From the NCBI GenBank assembly GCA_903868125.1, contig CAIPUE010000023.1, positions 19,977 to 83,976 of the forward strand: a DNA stretch of 64,000 nt, given 5' to 3'. Source of the stretch: an uncultured bacterium. GTDB taxonomy: Bacteria > Cyanobacteriota > Vampirovibrionia > Gastranaerophilales > Gastranaerophilaceae. Position numbers and translations under genes: made by a program. Below, in pieces: positions 61,072-64,000 of the stretch (positions are counted from its first letter, which is position 1; every line of letters begins with the position of its first letter). The notes beneath the pieces are model-generated. The model searched no databases, was not told the origin of the DNA, and worked only from the letters and a program-made list of their open reading frames with translations.

Positions 61072-61935
61072 ATGGTTAGCGGACAAAAAAAAGATTCAAG
61101 AGTTAAGAAAAAGGGAAAGCTTGGTTTTGCAAAAAATAAAAAACAAGCTGCCTTGGCACTGGCTATTTTGGTACTTTTTTTTGCAAATTCTATTTATATG
61201 GGTGTTAAATATTTGATGGAAAAAAATGCTCAACAAAACTCTACACAGGCGAATAATACAATTGGACAACAGCAGCAAAATCTTGAAAGTTTGACTAATA
61301 TGTCTCAAGGTGGTGCCGTTGAAGATGGTCAAAATCAAAATTTATCACAAGATGCTAATGATATTTATTCTCAAACCTTGAATTCTAAAGCACAGCAGAA
61401 CGGACAGAATTTAACAACGTCTCAAGGAACAGATGAAGATATTGAAATTATTGCTAAAAAATCTGCTTCTCCGAAAAGCGAGAAAATGGTTTTAATCACA
61501 GTGGCAAGTTCAGGCCGCTCAAATCCATTTTTGCCGGCGAATGAAAATCTGCTTCCTGAATCTTTGTCTTATCTGACTACACCTCCTGAAACACTTCCTA
61601 AAGATACAGATACAAGTAAGATTATGACTACAACGATATCAGGTATTTTGTACGATAAATATAGCCCTTCTGCTATAATAAATATAGAGGGAACTGATTA
61701 TTTGGTCAAAGTTGGTGATATTATAAATCATTACCAAGTTTTATCGATAGATAAAATTCAGGTTATTGTCAAATTGGGACAAAATGTCTATAAAGCTGGA
61801 GTTGGCGAGCTTTTATCGCAAACCGGTTTGGAACAAAATAATATTGCAAATTTAGATAAAAATAACGTTGCAAATTTAAACAAAAAATTCGGTGGGAATA
61901 CTATTCCAATAAATGTTAAGAAAAAAGGTTATTAA
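61072..61935 (+). CDS. PilP-like pilus/secretin-associated protein (hypothetical)
   Basis: 287 aa. One TM helix, a Q/N-rich linker, and a C-terminal beta domain (ISGILYDKYSPSAIINIEGTDYLVKVGDIINHYQVLSIDKIQVIV). It lies directly upstream of the secretin gene. Confidence 0.45.
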   Translation: MVSGQKKDSRVKKKGKLGFAKNKKQAALALAILVLFFANSIYMGVKYLMEKNAQQNSTQANNTIGQQQQNLESLTNMSQGGAVEDGQNQNLSQDANDIYSQTLNSKAQQNGQNLTTSQGTDEDIEIIAKKSASPKSEKMVLITVASSGRSNPFLPANENLLPESLSYLTTPPETLPKDTDTSKIMTTTISGILYDKYSPSAIINIEGTDYLVKVGDIINHYQVLSIDKIQVIVKLGQNVYKAGVGELLSQTGLEQNNIANLDKNNVANLNKKFGGNTIPINVKKKGY

Positions 61936-61949
61936 CCGGGAGCAATCAA

Positions 61950-63875
61950 ATGATAATTAAAAGAATGAAAAAAGTTTTATCAAGTATAGTTTTAGCAATA
62001 TGCTTGCTTGTTTATACCGCGCCTATCGGTTTATGCATCTCAGGATTTCCGATTATTGATGCTCGGATAAACAAACCTCTTTTGAGGGATACGGCTAAGA
62101 CTTCGGCACTTAAATTGGAGGGTGATATTTCCATTACAAAGGGAAATCCCAAAATTAATTTGAGCTTAAGGGATTCAGATGTTAAACAAGTTTTGAGAAT
62201 GTTAGCTGATAAAGCGGGCTTAAATATCATTTTTCATGCGTCGGTAGTTGGTGGTACTTCTACTTCTTCATCAAGTGGTATATCAGGAAGCGTTTCCAGT
62301 TCTGGTAGCACAGTAGGAACCATCACCATGGATTTGGTAAATGTACCCTTGAATGATGCATTTAAATTAGTAATGCAGGTAACGGGATTAACTTATTTTA
62401 TGGATAAAAACACTATGATTGTTACTTCTGCAGAGGCAGCAAAAACCCTTAACATGGCAAAACAGGAAATAAGCGTTATACCTGTAAAATATATAAATGC
62501 TTTGCAATTAGCTAATTTTTTAAATAAAAACATTTTTTCTATAAATAAACCGGGGCTTTCCAATGGTAATATAGCAATTGTTAATCCAGGAGAAAATGAA
62601 ATTTTAATCTTCGGTACTGAAAATGATGCTAAAATGGCAAGAAAAATAGTAGCTCAATTTGATGTTAAGCCAAGAGAGGAATCTTTCGTTGTAAACCATA
62701 CAACTCCAGCTGAAATGGCTCAGGCAGTATGTCAAACATTAATAGGAAAAGATTTTGGGAGCCCCGGCTCCAGCAGCTCAGGTGGGTCTTCCACAGGAGG
62801 TGTCACAAGTACTTCTGGGAGTACTTCAGGAAGTGCTTCCGGAAGCGGCTTAACATTAGGAGGACAAACAATTGCATGCACTGTAGAGACAAGCTTGTCC
62901 AGCGACAATCTTGAATCAATGAAAATGAAAAACATGATAATTTCATACTTCCCTCAAAGAGGAATTCTCAATGTTATTGGAGGTTCAATTCAACAATTAG
63001 AAATGATTAGAGATTTTATTGTGAAAAACGATAAAAAACAGCCTCAAGCTTATTTAGAACTTTCTATAATAGAATTAAATGAAACGGGTAGTAGGGAATT
63101 CGATAACACTTGGCAGGTATGGAGTAAATATTTCTCAGGAACTTTTGATGGAGCATCAACAAAAACAAGCCCTCTGTACCCTCAGTTTCTTTCAGAAGGT
63201 CAAGGTTATACTGTTGTAGACTCGGCGGCAAACAAATTCGCTAAATTATATGATGTTGCAACGTTCTCAGGAGTGCCTACTATAACTTATGCGATGAATT
63301 ATATTATTTCAAATAATAAGGGGCGTGTGCTTGCAAATCCGAGAATTATGATTACGAATGGAGAAACTTCTACAATAGATTTATCATCGGATTATGTAAA
63401 ATCAGTAACCTCGCAAGTTCTCGCAACTGGCGGTATGGCAGGGGCGACTCAAAAAACTTATGAAATTGGTAGTGATGAAGGTATAAAGGTATCAATTGTT
63501 CCTTTTATAAGTCCTGATGGTTATGTAACTTTGAATATTAATCCGACCTACTCAACAATAAAGGAAAAAGTTTATGCGCCGAGTACTACGGGTACCGGTA
63601 CGGATTTGGCTGCAACGTTATTGCAAAGAAGAAATTTGGATTTAAAAAATGTTAGGATAAAGGATGGTGAAACTCTTGTAATTGGCGGAATGATGAGGGA
63701 AAATGAAACAAAAACTGTGTCCAAAATTCCTGTTTTAGGAGATCTTCCGGGTGCTGGGGTTTTCTTTAGAAATTCTGTTTCCTCAAAAGAAAAACAAGAA
63801 CTCGTTATAATGATTACTCCTAAAATTATCAAGGATTCAGAAGATTTAGTTAAAAATACGGATGTGACTTTATAG
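61950..63875 (+). CDS. pilQ: type IV pilus / type II secretion secretin (PilQ/GspD family)
   Basis: 641 aa. Signal peptide, N domains, and secretin core (LANPRIMITNGETSTIDL ... IPVLGDLPGAGVFFRN...ELVIMITPKII). Confidence 0.8.
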   Translation: MIIKRMKKVLSSIVLAICLLVYTAPIGLCISGFPIIDARINKPLLRDTAKTSALKLEGDISITKGNPKINLSLRDSDVKQVLRMLADKAGLNIIFHASVVGGTSTSSSSGISGSVSSSGSTVGTITMDLVNVPLNDAFKLVMQVTGLTYFMDKNTMIVTSAEAAKTLNMAKQEISVIPVKYINALQLANFLNKNIFSINKPGLSNGNIAIVNPGENEILIFGTENDAKMARKIVAQFDVKPREESFVVNHTTPAEMAQAVCQTLIGKDFGSPGSSSSGGSSTGGVTSTSGSTSGSASGSGLTLGGQTIACTVETSLSSDNLESMKMKNMIISYFPQRGILNVIGGSIQQLEMIRDFIVKNDKKQPQAYLELSIIELNETGSREFDNTWQVWSKYFSGTFDGASTKTSPLYPQFLSEGQGYTVVDSAANKFAKLYDVATFSGVPTITYAMNYIISNNKGRVLANPRIMITNGETSTIDLSSDYVKSVTSQVLATGGMAGATQKTYEIGSDEGIKVSIVPFISPDGYVTLNINPTYSTIKEKVYAPSTTGTGTDLAATLLQRRNLDLKNVRIKDGETLVIGGMMRENETKTVSKIPVLGDLPGAGVFFRNSVSSKEKQELVIMITPKIIKDSEDLVKNTDVTL

Positions 63876-63877
63876 AA

Positions 63878-64000
63878 ATGAATGATGTTTTAAATAAATT
63901 AAAAAATAGTATTAATAAAGATTTAATTCTTAAATTTGATGAACATTTATTGGAACAAATGAAGTTTGTTCCAATAAATGTTCATCAAAACTTTGCATAT
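63878..64000 (+). CDS. hypothetical protein, N-terminal fragment (possibly a GspE/PilB-type ATPase, judged by position only)
   Basis: ATG lies 3 nt after the pilQ stop. The frame is open to the window end (MNDVLNKLKNSINKDLILKFDEHLLEQMKFVPINV...). Confidence 0.3.
   Translation, partial: MNDVLNKLKNSINKDLILKFDEHLLEQMKFVPINVHQNFAY

Noticed and set aside
1-64000. Search by eye for tRNA, rRNA, tmRNA, transposase, integrase and cas genes.
   Set aside because: None was recognised in any intergenic region or ORF. This is a visual negative only. tRNAscan-SE, Infernal and ISfinder searches are needed to confirm it.

Overview
This is a 64-kb stretch of a low-GC bacterial chromosome (about one-third G+C by eye). 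I call 64 protein-coding genes. I recognised no rRNA, tRNA, CRISPR array, transposase or integrase by eye.

Housekeeping genes: a radical-SAM/DUF2344 fusion followed by RNase E/G, mntP, rpmH-rnpA, proC, rpmB, dapA, secD/secF, uvrC, speH, an OmpR-type response regulator, kup, a PC4-like gene overlapping priA, a GH57 glucan enzyme, and a PilP-like/PilQ secretin pair at the right edge.

Accessory content:
1. A membrane-anchored RelA/SpoT-like (toxSAS-like) protein with a small downstream partner, next to an AT-rich spacer that carries a MITE.
2. A block of three genes: a DUF1822-like acidic transmembrane protein with a TonB_C-like end, a divergent sigma-70 factor, and a zinc-ribbon/STAND ATPase/TPR protein. 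It is followed by an orphan trio of phage tail-fibre-like genes.
3. An 11.5-kb pseudaminic-acid-type nonulosonic acid operon (pseB, pseC, pseH, pseI, pseF, methylase, WbuX/Y/Z-like amidotransferase set, radical SAM/SPASM). A MNT-HEPN toxin-antitoxin cassette has been inserted into it, and the insertion is flanked by a 22-bp exact direct repeat.

The most unusual sequence-level signal is a rich set of short interspersed repeats:
- GGTRAAC and GGTGAGR heptamer arrays, found in intergenic DNA and also translated in frame inside three genes.
- GTAG-headed hairpins whose stems differ between copies while pairing is kept.
- Two MITE-like families.
- A GC-rich nested palindrome upstream of kup.

The gene content (TIGR03960/DUF2344 plus RNase E/G, GH57/DUF3536, DUF1822-like, diderm markers) together with the STRR-like heptamers fits a non-photosynthetic lineage related to cyanobacteria (Melainabacteria/Vampirovibrionia). 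That placement is inference only.
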